Shown: positions 17,992-28,964, counted from the stretch's first letter. The stretch is DNA of 64,000 nt from Thermoplasmata archaeon (GCA_022750205.1 JAKIWD010000001.1:1222-65221); one strand, 5' to 3'. Made by a program: numbers and translations. Notes: a model not told the origin generated them from the letters alone.

Positions 17992-20189
17992 GCGCCCGGT
18001 CCGACGCGACGGCCAAGCTGACGGGCGCGACGCGCTACGGCACCGATCTCCAGGCTCCCGGGATGCTGTGGGGGGCGTTGGTGCTCTCCCCGGTCAGCCG
18101 CGGCCGCATCCGTTCCATCGACCTGCGACCGGCCCGGGCGCTCCCGGGCGTCGTGGCCGTGGGCCCCGAGGAGACGCGCGCGCTCTTCTCGGCCGCCGGC
18201 GACCCGGAGCGACCGGTGTTTCCGGCGCTGGATGTGGCGTACCGCAATCAGGTGCTCGCCGCCGTCGCGGCGCCGACGCTCGAGATCGCCCGCGAGGCCG
18301 CGGCCCGGGTGCTCCTGGACATCGAGCCGTTACCCCCGGCGGTCGACCTCGACGTGATGTTCCCCGAGTGGCCCACCACCGCCGCGAAAAATTCGCCCCA
18401 CATCAACGCCCACGTCCACGCGGTGACCGGCGATGTGGATCGGGCCTTCCGCGATGCGGACCTGGTCCTCGCGGAGACGTACCGGACCTCCGGCGTGAGC
18501 CAGGTCGCGTTGGAACCGCACGCCTGCCTCGCCACGGTCGAGGGCGGTGAGTTCCGGGTCCAGTCGTCGACCCAGAGCCCGTTCGGTCTGCGCGACGACC
18601 TCGCGTCGATCCTGGGCGTGCCGGAGCCGTCCGTGGTCGTCGAGGGGACGTGGGTGGGGGGCGGGTTCGGCGGCAAGGCCGCGTCGCTGATCGAGCCGTA
18701 TGCGCTGGTGCTGGCGGCGGCCGCGGGCCGGCCGGTGAAGCTCTCGCTGAACTATCGGGAGGAGTTCCTGCTCGGCCGCTCGACGCTTCCCTCGGTCGTG
18801 CGGATCGAGAGCGCGGTAAAGGGTGGCCGCCTGTCCGGACGGCGCGTCCGACTGTTGCTGGATACCGGGGCTTCCCTGCCGGGTCGCGACTTCGCGACCG
18901 GATACGCGATCGGATTCCTGCTCGGACCGTACCGGATACCCGATGTCGAGATGGAAGGGTACGCCGTTCGGACGAACAAACCCCCGTTCGGTCCCCACCG
19001 CGCGCCGTTCGCCCCCCAGTGCGTCTTCGTCGCGGAGTCGCACATGGACGCCATCGCCCGGAGACTCAAGGTCGACCCGATCGATTTCCGCCTCGCGCAT
19101 GCCTTGGGCGAGGGCGACCGGACGGCGCTTGGCCAGCCGGTCGGTCCGTTCGGGCTCGTCCGATGCTTGGAACTGGCCCGGGCCCAGCGCGACGAATGGC
19201 GTAAGGACGCTCCGGCCGGCCGCGGGATCGGGATCGGGGCGGGTTTCTGGTCCACGGGGACCGGTGCCGGTGGCGAGGCCGTCGTCTGGCTGACACCCAC
19301 CCGCCTGGAGATCGTCCAGGGGGAGCGGGAGATCGGCAGTGGCAGCATCATCCGCGGTCTGTCGGCGGTCGCCGAGCGCGTCCTCGGTCTCCCGCCCGAA
19401 GCCATCGAGATCGTGTCGCGTTCGACGGTCGACGCGCCGTTCGATTCCGGCGTCTTCGGGAGCCGAACCCTGGGGGCGCTGGGACGTGCGGTCGAGCAGG
19501 CGTGCCGCTCGCTCGCCGGGACGCTCGGCGAACGCCTCGGGGAAGGACCGGGCGAGATCCGCCTGCGCCAGCGCGAGGACGGGAAATTGGTGGCGGAGAG
19601 GGAAGGCCAGGGTCGACCGGTCTCCGAGCTGATCACGGCGGAGGAGCTCGCCTCCGGAGGGCTGAGCGCCTCCGGTCGTCATTTCGGCACGGGAGGACGG
19701 ATCGATGAAACACGGGTACGCGACGGGTCGTTCTACCCCTACACGGACTTCACGGCCACCGTCCAGCTCGCCGAGGTCACCGTCGATCCGGAGACCGGGA
19801 CGGTCCACGTGGACCGGTACGCGGCGTTCCAGGACGTGGGGCAAGCGATCGACCCGGCGATGGTGCGGGGCCAGGTCGAAGGAGGCGTCGCGATGGGTCT
19901 CGGGGCGGCGCTGACGGAGGAGACCCTGTGGTCGGACGACGGACGGCTGCTGAATCCGGGGCTATTGGATTACCGTATCCCGACGCTGGGGGAGGTGCCG
20001 CCGATCTCGGTCACCCTCGTGGAGGGATTCCCCGGCGCCGGGCCGTTCGGGGCCAAGGGGGCGGGGGAGCCACCGATCATCCCGGCACCGGCCGCCGTCG
20101 CCAATGCGGTGACGGATGCGACCGGCGCCGAGGTCCGCGAACTGCCGCTCACCGCCGAGCGGGTGGCGCGAGCGCTAAAGCTCCTGTAG
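17988..20189 (+). CDS. xanthine dehydrogenase family, molybdopterin-binding (large) subunit
   Basis: GTG 17988 overlaps the previous stop (GTGA). VSARSDATAKLTGATRYGTDL.., ..GGGFGGKA.., ..GAGEPPIIPAPAAVANAV.. are typical of the Ald_Xan_dh family. No CODH-specific active-site loop recognised, so the substrate is unassigned. Confidence 0.9.
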   Translation: MSARSDATAKLTGATRYGTDLQAPGMLWGALVLSPVSRGRIRSIDLRPARALPGVVAVGPEETRALFSAAGDPERPVFPALDVAYRNQVLAAVAAPTLEIAREAAARVLLDIEPLPPAVDLDVMFPEWPTTAAKNSPHINAHVHAVTGDVDRAFRDADLVLAETYRTSGVSQVALEPHACLATVEGGEFRVQSSTQSPFGLRDDLASILGVPEPSVVVEGTWVGGGFGGKAASLIEPYALVLAAAAGRPVKLSLNYREEFLLGRSTLPSVVRIESAVKGGRLSGRRVRLLLDTGASLPGRDFATGYAIGFLLGPYRIPDVEMEGYAVRTNKPPFGPHRAPFAPQCVFVAESHMDAIARRLKVDPIDFRLAHALGEGDRTALGQPVGPFGLVRCLELARAQRDEWRKDAPAGRGIGIGAGFWSTGTGAGGEAVVWLTPTRLEIVQGEREIGSGSIIRGLSAVAERVLGLPPEAIEIVSRSTVDAPFDSGVFGSRTLGALGRAVEQACRSLAGTLGERLGEGPGEIRLRQREDGKLVAEREGQGRPVSELITAEELASGGLSASGRHFGTGGRIDETRVRDGSFYPYTDFTATVQLAEVTVDPETGTVHVDRYAAFQDVGQAIDPAMVRGQVEGGVAMGLGAALTEETLWSDDGRLLNPGLLDYRIPTLGEVPPISVTLVEGFPGAGPFGAKGAGEPPIIPAPAAVANAVTDATGAEVRELPLTAERVARALKLL

Positions 20190-20205
20190 CCTAGGCTTCG
20201 CTCCG

Positions 20206-21363
20206 ATGTCGATCCCCCGGGAGGAGATGCAGGAGATCGTGGCGGGCTATGCCCCTCCTCCGGTGATCGGCGCCTTGGGCTCCCACTCCGCGCTCGACAT
20301 CGCCGACGGCGCGGTCTCCGAGGGGTTCCACACGCTCGTGGTCGGGGCCCGCGGGCGCGAGCAGACGTACGCGCGCTACTTTCGCGCGCACCGGGACGCG
20401 AGCGGACGCGTCGAACGCGGTTGCGTCGACGACGTGTGGACGTTCCCGAACTTTGCCGACGCCCAGGCACCTGCCGTGCAGCAGCGGCTCCGGGACCACC
20501 GTGTCCTGTTCGTCCCCAACCGCGCGCTGAGCTCCTACTTGCCGATCACGGCCCTCGAAGAGAGCTGGCGGGTGCCCCTCTTGGGCTCGCGGCCCCTGCT
20601 CCGGATCGAGGAGCGGGGTGAGCGGGACAACTACTACCGTTTGCTCCAGCGCGCCGGCGTCCGGACCCCCGAGGCGATCGCCGAGCCCACGGAGATCGAC
20701 GGCCTCGCGATGGTCAAGCTCCCCCACGCCCAGCGGAGATTGGAGCGTGGATTCTTCACCGCCGCGAGCCCCGCGGAGTTCGTCGCCAAGCGCGACGCGC
20801 TCCTCGAAAGCAAGACCATCCAATCCGACGACCTGGCCGCGGCGCGGATCGAGCGGTACGTGGTCGGGCCGGTCTTCAACTTCAACTTCTTCTATTCCCC
20901 CCTCGCCCATCGCGACGACGCGCTCGAGCTGCTCGGGGTCGACGAGCGGAGGGAGAGCTCGCTCGACGGGCTCGTGCGGCTGCCCGCGGCCCAGCAGCTC
21001 GAGATGGGCGAGGCCGGTCGGTCGCCCCGCTACACCGTCGTCGGGCACGGTACCCTGACCGTGCGGGAGTCGATCCTCGAAGAGGTCTTTCAGATGGGCG
21101 AGCGGTTCGTTCAGGCGGCCCGCCAGTCCCACCCACCGGGCATCCTCGGGCCGTTCTGCCTGCAGACGTGCATCGACCCGGACGGCGTCCCCTGGGTGTT
21201 CGATGTCGCGGTCCGGATCGGGGGCGGCACGAACATCCACCTCGCGACGGGCCATCCGTACGGCAACGCCCTCTGGCGGACGCCGATGAGCACGGGACGC
21301 CGCCTGGCCGTGGAGGTACGACGCGCCCTTGAGCTCGGGCGGCTGGGGGAGCTGGTCACATGA
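20206..21363 (+). CDS. purP: 5-formaminoimidazole-4-carboxamide ribonucleotide (FAICAR) synthetase, ATP-grasp
   Basis: 385 aa: ..IGALGSHSALDIADGAVSEGFHTLVV.., ..LFVPNRALSSYL.., ..VPLLGSRPLLRIEERGE.. are collinear with archaeal PurP. Confidence 0.88.
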   Translation: MSIPREEMQEIVAGYAPPPVIGALGSHSALDIADGAVSEGFHTLVVGARGREQTYARYFRAHRDASGRVERGCVDDVWTFPNFADAQAPAVQQRLRDHRVLFVPNRALSSYLPITALEESWRVPLLGSRPLLRIEERGERDNYYRLLQRAGVRTPEAIAEPTEIDGLAMVKLPHAQRRLERGFFTAASPAEFVAKRDALLESKTIQSDDLAAARIERYVVGPVFNFNFFYSPLAHRDDALELLGVDERRESSLDGLVRLPAAQQLEMGEAGRSPRYTVVGHGTLTVRESILEEVFQMGERFVQAARQSHPPGILGPFCLQTCIDPDGVPWVFDVAVRIGGGTNIHLATGHPYGNALWRTPMSTGRRLAVEVRRALELGRLGELVT

Positions 21364-22598
21364 GCGATGAAACGCTTCCGGGGATCACCCCCACGCCCGG
21401 ACCGTCGGGCCCGGCGCCTCCCCTGAAGCGGACCGCCCTCTACCCGTTCCACCTGGCCCGCGGCGGTCACCTCGTCCCGTTCGGCGGCTGGGAGATGCCC
21501 CTCTACTATCACAGCATCCTCGACGAGCACCGGGCGGTCCGCGAGGGGGTTGGACTGTTCGATGTCGGGCACATGGGGATCGTCACCGTCGTCGGCGGGC
21601 ACGCCGCCCCGATGCTGTCGCGACGCACGACGGCCAACGTCGAGCGGATCGCCCCCGGCCAGTGCCGATACACCTTCCTGACGGAATTCAACGGCGCGAT
21701 CCTGGACGACCTGCTCGTCACCCGCCTCGACGCGCACGACCCCCGCGCGCCGGGCTTCCTCGTCGTGCCCAACGCCGCCCGCGCGGGCAAGGTGGTCGAC
21801 ATCCTGCGTGAGCACCGCCGCCCCGACACGGAGATCACGGTCCACAACCCCGGCATCACCATCCTCGCCGTCCAGGGCCCCGGATCCCGGGCGCTGCTGG
21901 AGTCGCACTTCGGCTGGTCGCTGGCGGGACTGAAGTTCTACCACGGCGCGTGGTTCCCGACGGACAAGGCCTCCGGGATCGGGCCGGACGGCGCCCTCGG
22001 CAAGCCATTCCCGGGAGCGCTCGACCACGCGATCTTCGTCAGTCGCACCGGGTACACGGGCGAGCTCGGCTTCGAGCTGTTCCTGCGCGCCGACGATGCG
22101 GTGGCGATCGCGGAACGGCTCGCGGGCGCCGGCGCGGTTCCGTGCGGCCTCGGGGCCCGCGACACCCTTCGGCAGGAGAAGGGCTTCCTCCTGAGCGGTC
22201 AGGACTTCAACCGCGACCGCACGCCCTTGGAGGCCGGTCAGGAACGGTTCGTCGAGTGGGACCACCCGTTCGTCGGACGCGAGGCGCTCGAGGCGGAGAA
22301 AAAGGCCGGCCCGCCCGTCCGATGGTCGGGCATCCGGACGGACGAGGCCGATGCGATCCCCCGCCACGGAACGCCGATCCTGGTGGGCGACCGACTGGTG
22401 GCCCACGCCACAAGCGGTGGCCGCTCACCGACCTTGCAGACCGGCATCGCGCTCGCGTTCCTTCCACCTCCGCTCGACGCGCCGGGCACCGTCCTCGCCC
22501 TGGAGATACGGGGCAAGTCCGTCCCGGCCCACGTCGTCCCGCTGCCGTTCCTGGCGACCGGCGGCGCGCGACGCCCATATACCCCCACCCCGCCGTAG
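21360..22598 (+). CDS. gcvT: glycine cleavage system T protein (aminomethyltransferase)
   Basis: 412 aa: ..LKRTALYPFHLARGGHLVPFGGWEMPLYYHSILDEHRAVREGVGLFDVGHMG.. The start ATG overlaps the purP stop (ATGA). Confidence 0.92.
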   Translation: MSDETLPGITPTPGPSGPAPPLKRTALYPFHLARGGHLVPFGGWEMPLYYHSILDEHRAVREGVGLFDVGHMGIVTVVGGHAAPMLSRRTTANVERIAPGQCRYTFLTEFNGAILDDLLVTRLDAHDPRAPGFLVVPNAARAGKVVDILREHRRPDTEITVHNPGITILAVQGPGSRALLESHFGWSLAGLKFYHGAWFPTDKASGIGPDGALGKPFPGALDHAIFVSRTGYTGELGFELFLRADDAVAIAERLAGAGAVPCGLGARDTLRQEKGFLLSGQDFNRDRTPLEAGQERFVEWDHPFVGREALEAEKKAGPPVRWSGIRTDEADAIPRHGTPILVGDRLVAHATSGGRSPTLQTGIALAFLPPPLDAPGTVLALEIRGKSVPAHVVPLPFLATGGARRPYTPTPP

Positions 22599-22605
22599 CG
22601 GGACC

Positions 22606-25026
22606 ATGGCCTCCGCGGCTCGGCCGTTCGTCGGCCGCCTCGAGGCGGTGGATGCCCTGCGACGCCGCCAGGATGCCGCGGTCTCCGGACAAGGCGGCCT
22701 GACGCTCCTGATCGGAGAGCCCGGGGTCGGCAAGTCCACCCTCGTCGATCGCGTCATCCGGGAGGCCGAGGAGAAGGGGATCCCGGTCCTCGTTGGGCGC
22801 GCGCCATCGCTCGACAACCCTCCGCCGTTCCTGCTCCTGCGCCGCGCACTGCAGAGCGGGACGCCGCCGTCGTCCTCCGACGGTCAGCCCTCGTCGTTGG
22901 CGTTCGCGGCTTTCCCCGGCCCGGGCCCCACGCTCATCGGGTTCGCCCCGCGCGCGGAGCACGGGCGCTGGGCCGATGGTCACCAGGTGGAGGAACGGCT
23001 CCTCGAGCAACTGGGGGACCCGGGCGGCGTGACGCCCGCCGGGACCGGGCGCATGGCCGGATCGCTCGCCCAACGATTGCTCCAGATCGCGACGAACGGA
23101 TCGGCGCTGCTCGTCCTGGACGACATCCACCTCGCCGACGAACCGTCGCTCGAAACGCTATTGGACCTCGCGCCCCAGCTCGGGGGGAGGGGTCTCTGGG
23201 TCCTGGCCACGTCGCTGCCGATGGCCAACCTCGGCGAGGCGCGCCGCGCCGTCATCGAACAGATCCGGCGCGCCGGGCGGGCCGAGGAGGTCGTCGTCGC
23301 GCCGCTCTCGGCGCCGGAGGTCGGCGAGTTCGTGCGACTCGCGGACCCGGGCCGCACGGTCCGGGAGGACGAGATCATCTGGTGGCACAGCCAGAGCGGC
23401 GGCAATCCCTCGTTCCTCGAGCAGCTGCTCCGATCCCCGGAGCCCGCTCCGCGCAGCGGCGGTAGCGCGCTGCCGCCGCCGGCCGAGTTCTCCACCTATC
23501 TCGCCCAGCAGTTGAGCGAGCTCTCCGAAGCCGAACGCCGCACGCTGACCGTCGCCGCGATCCTCGGACGGGTCTTTCCGTTCGCGCTCCTCCTGCGCGC
23601 CAGCGACGAGGACGAGGAGGCGCTGAGCGAGATCGTGCAAGTGCTCGTGCACCACGGCATCCTCAAGGAAACGGCCGCCGAGGAGATCGAGTTCATCCGG
23701 GGGGACCTGCGCGATCAACTGGACGCGACGCTGACGGCGGCGCACCGGCGGCTGCTCCACCGCCGCGCCGCCGAGGCGCTCGAGGCGCTCGGCGTTGCCG
23801 ACGAGGCCACGGTCTATGCGCTCGCGCTCCACTACTATCTCGGGAAGGTCGACGGGAAGGCGGCCGAGTTCAACCGCACCGCCGGCGAGCTCGCGGCCGA
23901 AGCGTCCGCGCCGGCCGTGGCGCGCCAACACCTGGAGCGGGCGCTGGAGTCCCAACGACGATTGACGCCCCGAGACCGGGTCGCCGAGCTCGAGCTGACG
24001 CTCGATCTGGCGGTACAGATCGACCGGCTGGGCGAGCTGAACGCGGCCGAAACGCTGTTGCGAACCGCCTTGACCGAGATCGCGAACGTGCCGGAGATCC
24101 CCGCCAGTCACCGGGCCCTCGTCCAGGTCTACCTCGCGCGCATCCTCGGGGACGAGGGGCAGTGGGCGGAGACCGACCAGCTGACCGCTCCGCTCCTCAC
24201 GGGCACCGGGATCCCCGAGGGCCCGTTGACGCAGATGACCGTCCATCGGCTGCGCGGCGAGATGTTCTACTTCCGGGGCAAGTACGATGAGTCGCTGCGT
24301 CACCACGACGCCGCACTGGAACTGGCCCGCTCCCTGCGCAATGAGCGGGAGATCGCCCGGGAGACGGTCCGGCGGGCGAACGTGCTGGGGATGATCCCCG
24401 GCCGGCTCGACGAGGCGATCGAGGGGTACCACATCGCGAGCAAGGCCCTCCTCGGACTCGGCGACAAGGGCGAGGCCTCCTACGCGCTGCTCTACCTCGG
24501 CGTGGTGTTGGCCCAGCACGGTCGGCTGGCGGAATCCCTCGACCAGCTCGCCGCCGCCGGGCGCCTGGCCGAAGAGGCCCATGAACCGCGTCGGCTCGGC
24601 TGGGCGCTGTTCAACGCGGCCGATGTCGAGCGGGAGCTCGGCGAGATCGCCCGCGCGTCGGAGGCGAACCGCCGGGCCGGCGAGATCCTCGGGCGCGTCG
24701 GCGACCGGTTCGGGCTGCTCCAGACGCACATCGTCGAAGGGAAGATCCGGCTCGCGTCGGGCGATCTGGCCGGCGCCGAGGTCGAGCTGCTCGAGGCGTA
24801 TCGGCTGGTCCGCGAGCTGAGGACGCCGGCCGACGAGCTCGAGGTGATCTTGCGGCTCGCCGAGCTGGCGGAGCTGCGCGGCGATCCGGCCGCCGCCCGC
24901 GCTCGGCTCGAGGAGCTGACGCGCGGCCGGGTCGATCGGTTGCGGCCGGACCTCGTCCCGGATCTCGATCGCCTCCGGGAGCGACTAGGTCGCTCTCCAG
25001 GAGCCAGTAGTGGGCCCACGCGCTAG
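22606..25026 (+). CDS. STAND-like P-loop NTPase (AAA_16-type) with C-terminal TPR repeats
   Basis: Track ORF trimmed to ATG 22606. FVGRLEAVDAL.., Walker A GEPGVGKST, Walker B LLVLDDIHLADE, then about 400 aa of helical TPR-like repeats. No HTH or effector domain recognised. Confidence 0.75.
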   Translation: MASAARPFVGRLEAVDALRRRQDAAVSGQGGLTLLIGEPGVGKSTLVDRVIREAEEKGIPVLVGRAPSLDNPPPFLLLRRALQSGTPPSSSDGQPSSLAFAAFPGPGPTLIGFAPRAEHGRWADGHQVEERLLEQLGDPGGVTPAGTGRMAGSLAQRLLQIATNGSALLVLDDIHLADEPSLETLLDLAPQLGGRGLWVLATSLPMANLGEARRAVIEQIRRAGRAEEVVVAPLSAPEVGEFVRLADPGRTVREDEIIWWHSQSGGNPSFLEQLLRSPEPAPRSGGSALPPPAEFSTYLAQQLSELSEAERRTLTVAAILGRVFPFALLLRASDEDEEALSEIVQVLVHHGILKETAAEEIEFIRGDLRDQLDATLTAAHRRLLHRRAAEALEALGVADEATVYALALHYYLGKVDGKAAEFNRTAGELAAEASAPAVARQHLERALESQRRLTPRDRVAELELTLDLAVQIDRLGELNAAETLLRTALTEIANVPEIPASHRALVQVYLARILGDEGQWAETDQLTAPLLTGTGIPEGPLTQMTVHRLRGEMFYFRGKYDESLRHHDAALELARSLRNEREIARETVRRANVLGMIPGRLDEAIEGYHIASKALLGLGDKGEASYALLYLGVVLAQHGRLAESLDQLAAAGRLAEEAHEPRRLGWALFNAADVERELGEIARASEANRRAGEILGRVGDRFGLLQTHIVEGKIRLASGDLAGAEVELLEAYRLVRELRTPADELEVILRLAELAELRGDPAAARARLEELTRGRVDRLRPDLVPDLDRLRERLGRSPGASSGPTR

Positions 25027-25885
25027 TCGGCCGTACGTCCCGCTGCCGAGGGACCTCGACCCGCAGCTCCGTCGCGCTTTGGCCGAGGACCGGGTCGCCG
25101 ACGACCGGACCAGTCGGGCCGTCCTGCCTCCGGGGACGCAGCTCGTGGCCGACGTGGTGGCACAAGGCGCCGGCGTGTTATCGGGCGCAGCGGTCGCCGA
25201 GCGGCTCGCCCAGCTGCAGGGGTTGCGCTCCCGTCGTCTCTGTCGCGACGGCGATCGCCTGGTTCGCGGGACGCGGGTGCTGGAGCTGCGCGGCGACGCG
25301 CGCCGGGTGCTCGGGGTGGAGCGAACGCTCCTGAACTATCTCATGCACCTCTCCGGTGTGGCGTCTCAAACGAGCCGTGCGGTCGTCGCGGCGCGGGGAC
25401 GCCTGACCATCCTCGGGACCCGCAAGACGGTGCCGGGGTTGCGCGATCTGGAGAAGGCGGCGATCGTTCATGGCGGCGGGCAGCCGCATCGGCGCGATCT
25501 CTCCGACGCCCTCCTGATCAAGAGCAACCACCTGGCCGCCGTAGAACTGGGTCTCGCCATCGCACGCGCACGACGCGGCGCGCGGGGTCGACCCATCGAG
25601 GTCGAGGTGCGATCCCTTGCCCAGGCCCGGGCGGCGGTCGCCGCCGGCGCCCGATCGGTGTTGATCGACAACGCGGGCCCCCGCGGGGCCCAGCGTATCG
25701 TCTCCGGGCTGGAACGCCTCGGGCTCCGGCGCGGATTGACGATCGAGTTGTCGGGCGGCCTGACCGACCGCACGATCGGACGGTACCTTCGTGTCGGCGC
25801 GGACAGCGCGAGCCTCGGCAGCCTCACCCACTCGGTGACGGCCGTGCCATTCCATCTCGTGGTGCGGCGGGTCCGGCCGTGTTAA
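25010..25885 (+). CDS. nadC: nicotinate-nucleotide pyrophosphorylase (quinolinate phosphoribosyltransferase)
   Basis: 291 aa: ..ERTLLNYLMHLSGVAS.., ..ILGTRKTVPGLRDLEKAAIVHGGGQPHRRDLSDALLIKSNH.. The start overlaps the preceding gene by 17 nt. Confidence 0.9.
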   Translation: MGPRASRPYVPLPRDLDPQLRRALAEDRVADDRTSRAVLPPGTQLVADVVAQGAGVLSGAAVAERLAQLQGLRSRRLCRDGDRLVRGTRVLELRGDARRVLGVERTLLNYLMHLSGVASQTSRAVVAARGRLTILGTRKTVPGLRDLEKAAIVHGGGQPHRRDLSDALLIKSNHLAAVELGLAIARARRGARGRPIEVEVRSLAQARAAVAAGARSVLIDNAGPRGAQRIVSGLERLGLRRGLTIELSGGLTDRTIGRYLRVGADSASLGSLTHSVTAVPFHLVVRRVRPC

Positions 25886-25915
25886 GTGCGACCGCACCCC
25901 TTTGCCGCTAGGCCG

Positions 25916-26821
<906 letters not shown>

Positions 26822-26845
26822 TCCGTCGGCGCCCCGCTAACGGCA

Positions 26846-27172
26846 CTAGCCGGGTACGATGGGGGCGAACCCCGACACGTAGTACCCGTAGGCGGCGCCC
26901 AGTAGCGTCAGACCACACAGAAAGAGGAGACCGATCGCCATCCACGAAGGCTTGGTGTTCAGGTAGAACCCGATCGAGAGCGGGTTGACCCGCGTCGAGA
27001 GGAACGAAAGGGACGAGGAGATGAGAAAGAGCCCCAACAGCGCGGGGACGACGACGGTGTAGGCCCCGAGGATGAGCCCGGCCAGGAGCACGACCCCGGC
27101 GATGGGGGCGGCCGCGTTGGATCGTCGCGGCGGCCCGGTCTCGGGCGGATGCGGGGTCGCGTGCCGCGCCAC
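26846..27172 (-). CDS. small integral membrane protein
   Basis: ..APIAGVVLLAGLILGAYTVVVPALLGLFLISSSLSFL..WMAIGLLFLCGLTLLGAAYGYYV.. gives three hydrophobic helices. Start uncertain: GTG 27172 chosen, ATG 27253 in the track is also open. Confidence 0.6.
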   Translation of the reverse strand: MARHATPHPPETGPPRRSNAAAPIAGVVLLAGLILGAYTVVVPALLGLFLISSSLSFLSTRVNPLSIGFYLNTKPSWMAIGLLFLCGLTLLGAAYGYYVSGFAPIVPG

Positions 27173-27301
27173 GAAATCGCCTCGCGGCACGGCCCTAGAT
27201 GTAGTGTTCGTTGCAGACGAACGGCTCCCGTCGGATGCGGTGCTCCTACGCACCGCACGTCGGCGACGCCCCCGGAAGCCCGAACCAGACCCCCGACAGT
27301 A

Positions 27302-27847
27302 TCAGGCCCGACCCGCCCCGTCGTGGGTGGGATCCGCCGGCGCCATCCACTGAAGCAGGTGGACGTCGATCCGACGACCGAACTTGACCCCGACCTCCCG
27401 CATGGTCCCGACCGAGGTGAATCCCGCCGTGGCGTGTACCCGAAGGCTGGCGTCGTTCCCGTCCGCCACCCGGGCGAGCAGCGTGTGGTAGCCGAGCTCC
27501 TGGGCCCGAGCGACCAGCTGGTGCAGGAGTCCACGACCGATGCCCTGGCCCCGGACGGACGCGTCGACGTAGACGGAGACCTCCCCCGTTTCGTCGTACG
27601 CTGCCCGCTCCGACCACGAGGTCAAGGAAGCCCACCCGACGACGCCCCGCTTCGCCTCGGCGACCAGGATCGGGTGACGTGGGTCATGCGAGCGGAACCA
27701 CCGCCGCCGATCGGCGAGCGAACGGGGACGCGTATCGAAAGTTCCGGTGGTCGTGCGGATTGCCTCGTTGTAGATCGCGGTGATCGACCGGAGGTCCGCC
27801 GGCGAAGCGATCCGGATGCGGAACGGGGTGCGAGGCGCGTTCACCAT
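27302..27847 (-). CDS. GNAT N-acetyltransferase (phosphinothricin acetyltransferase-like)
   Basis: Trimmed to ATG 27847: MVNAPRTPFRIRIASPADLRSITAIYNEAI..TFDTRPRS..RRRWF.., ..VYVDASVRGQGIGRGLL.. (acetyl-CoA motif A). Confidence 0.85.
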   Translation of the reverse strand: MVNAPRTPFRIRIASPADLRSITAIYNEAIRTTTGTFDTRPRSLADRRRWFRSHDPRHPILVAEAKRGVVGWASLTSWSERAAYDETGEVSVYVDASVRGQGIGRGLLHQLVARAQELGYHTLLARVADGNDASLRVHATAGFTSVGTMREVGVKFGRRIDVHLLQWMAPADPTHDGAGRA

Positions 27848-28006
27848 CGGGCGAAGTCCCAGACGCGCCCGGACTAATGAAGCGCCGTCCCGAACGATTT
27901 CCCCGGTACCGAGCTGACATCCTTTCTGTCGGTCGCTCCGGCCCATTTCGGAACTTTGATACACCCCGGCTCAACTCCCCCGACTGCACGGCGCAGTGGC
28001 CGTATC

Positions 28007-28924
28007 ATGAAGAGGGGTCCCGTGATCGCGCCCAAGCGCCGTCTGGTCGATCCCCTCCGACCCGGGGCCACGGCCGGCGTCTCCCTGCTCGCGCTCGGTG
28101 CGGCCCTCCTCTTGTGGGGACGGGCTGCGTTCGCGGCGGATCCTTCGCGGTTCGAGGACTGGGTGGTCGGTCTCGGGCTGATCCTGCTGCTGGGCGCTCT
28201 CGTCATCACGCTCGTGCTTCCATCCCCGGTGATCGTCACTTCCCCACGTGTCGCGCCGGACGTAGGCTTTACGACGACGCCGGCTCCGGCCGGTGACGTC
28301 GCGCCTCAAGCCCCCGCTCCGGCGGCTCGCGCGCCCGGGTCGTCGATCCCCGCCGCGTACATCGCCGCGCTGTACAACCCTCCCACGGCCGACGGGCGTG
28401 CGCTGATCGACTACCCGGAACCGATCGCCGCGGCGCTGCCGTTCGCCGCCATGCCCCGCCCGCCCTCCCAGCCCGACGGACCTGCGTCGACGGGGGGGGA
28501 GGGTCTATCGCTCGAGATCGAGTTGGCCCGCCTACGGACCCGAGTTCAGGAGCTCGAAGCCGATGGCGGCGCGTACGGTGTCCCCGCCTGGTATGCCGCC
28601 CGCTCGGGAGCAAGCTCGAGCATCGCGCCAATAACGTCAACCGGCGCCCCCGCTCCCCTCGGCCGAGGGCTACTTCCCGGCGGAACCGGCTGCGTCGGGT
28701 GCGGCACCTCGGTACCCGCGCAGGCCCGCGATTCGCTCTGTGGAGGATGTGGACGGCCGCTCTGTACTACTTGCGGAGGGCGTCCGGGAAGTTCCGCCGG
28801 CTTGCGCCGGTGCCCGGATTGCCGGAACGAGTCGGCCCGAACCGGCGCGCTCTCGGTCTCGGGAGGACGCGCCGCGTCGCCCGTGATGCCCGGCCCGAGC
28901 GGGCCCCGCACCGGCGGGCGTTGA
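28007..28924 (+). CDS. membrane protein with C-terminal multi-CxxC zinc-ribbon region
   Basis: Trimmed to ATG 28007. Two hydrophobic helices (VSLLALGAALLLW.., VVGLGLILLLGALVITLVL), a Pro/Ala-rich linker, a short coiled coil (LEIELARLRTRVQELE), then CVGCG..CGGCG..CTTCG..CPDC. Confidence 0.6.
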   Translation: MKRGPVIAPKRRLVDPLRPGATAGVSLLALGAALLLWGRAAFAADPSRFEDWVVGLGLILLLGALVITLVLPSPVIVTSPRVAPDVGFTTTPAPAGDVAPQAPAPAARAPGSSIPAAYIAALYNPPTADGRALIDYPEPIAAALPFAAMPRPPSQPDGPASTGGEGLSLEIELARLRTRVQELEADGGAYGVPAWYAARSGASSSIAPITSTGAPAPLGRGLLPGGTGCVGCGTSVPAQARDSLCGGCGRPLCTTCGGRPGSSAGLRRCPDCRNESARTGALSVSGGRAASPVMPGPSGPRTGGR

Positions 28925-28964
28925 GCCGTCGGGGTTCGACCGGGCCGCGAGGCCGTCCGCTCCC

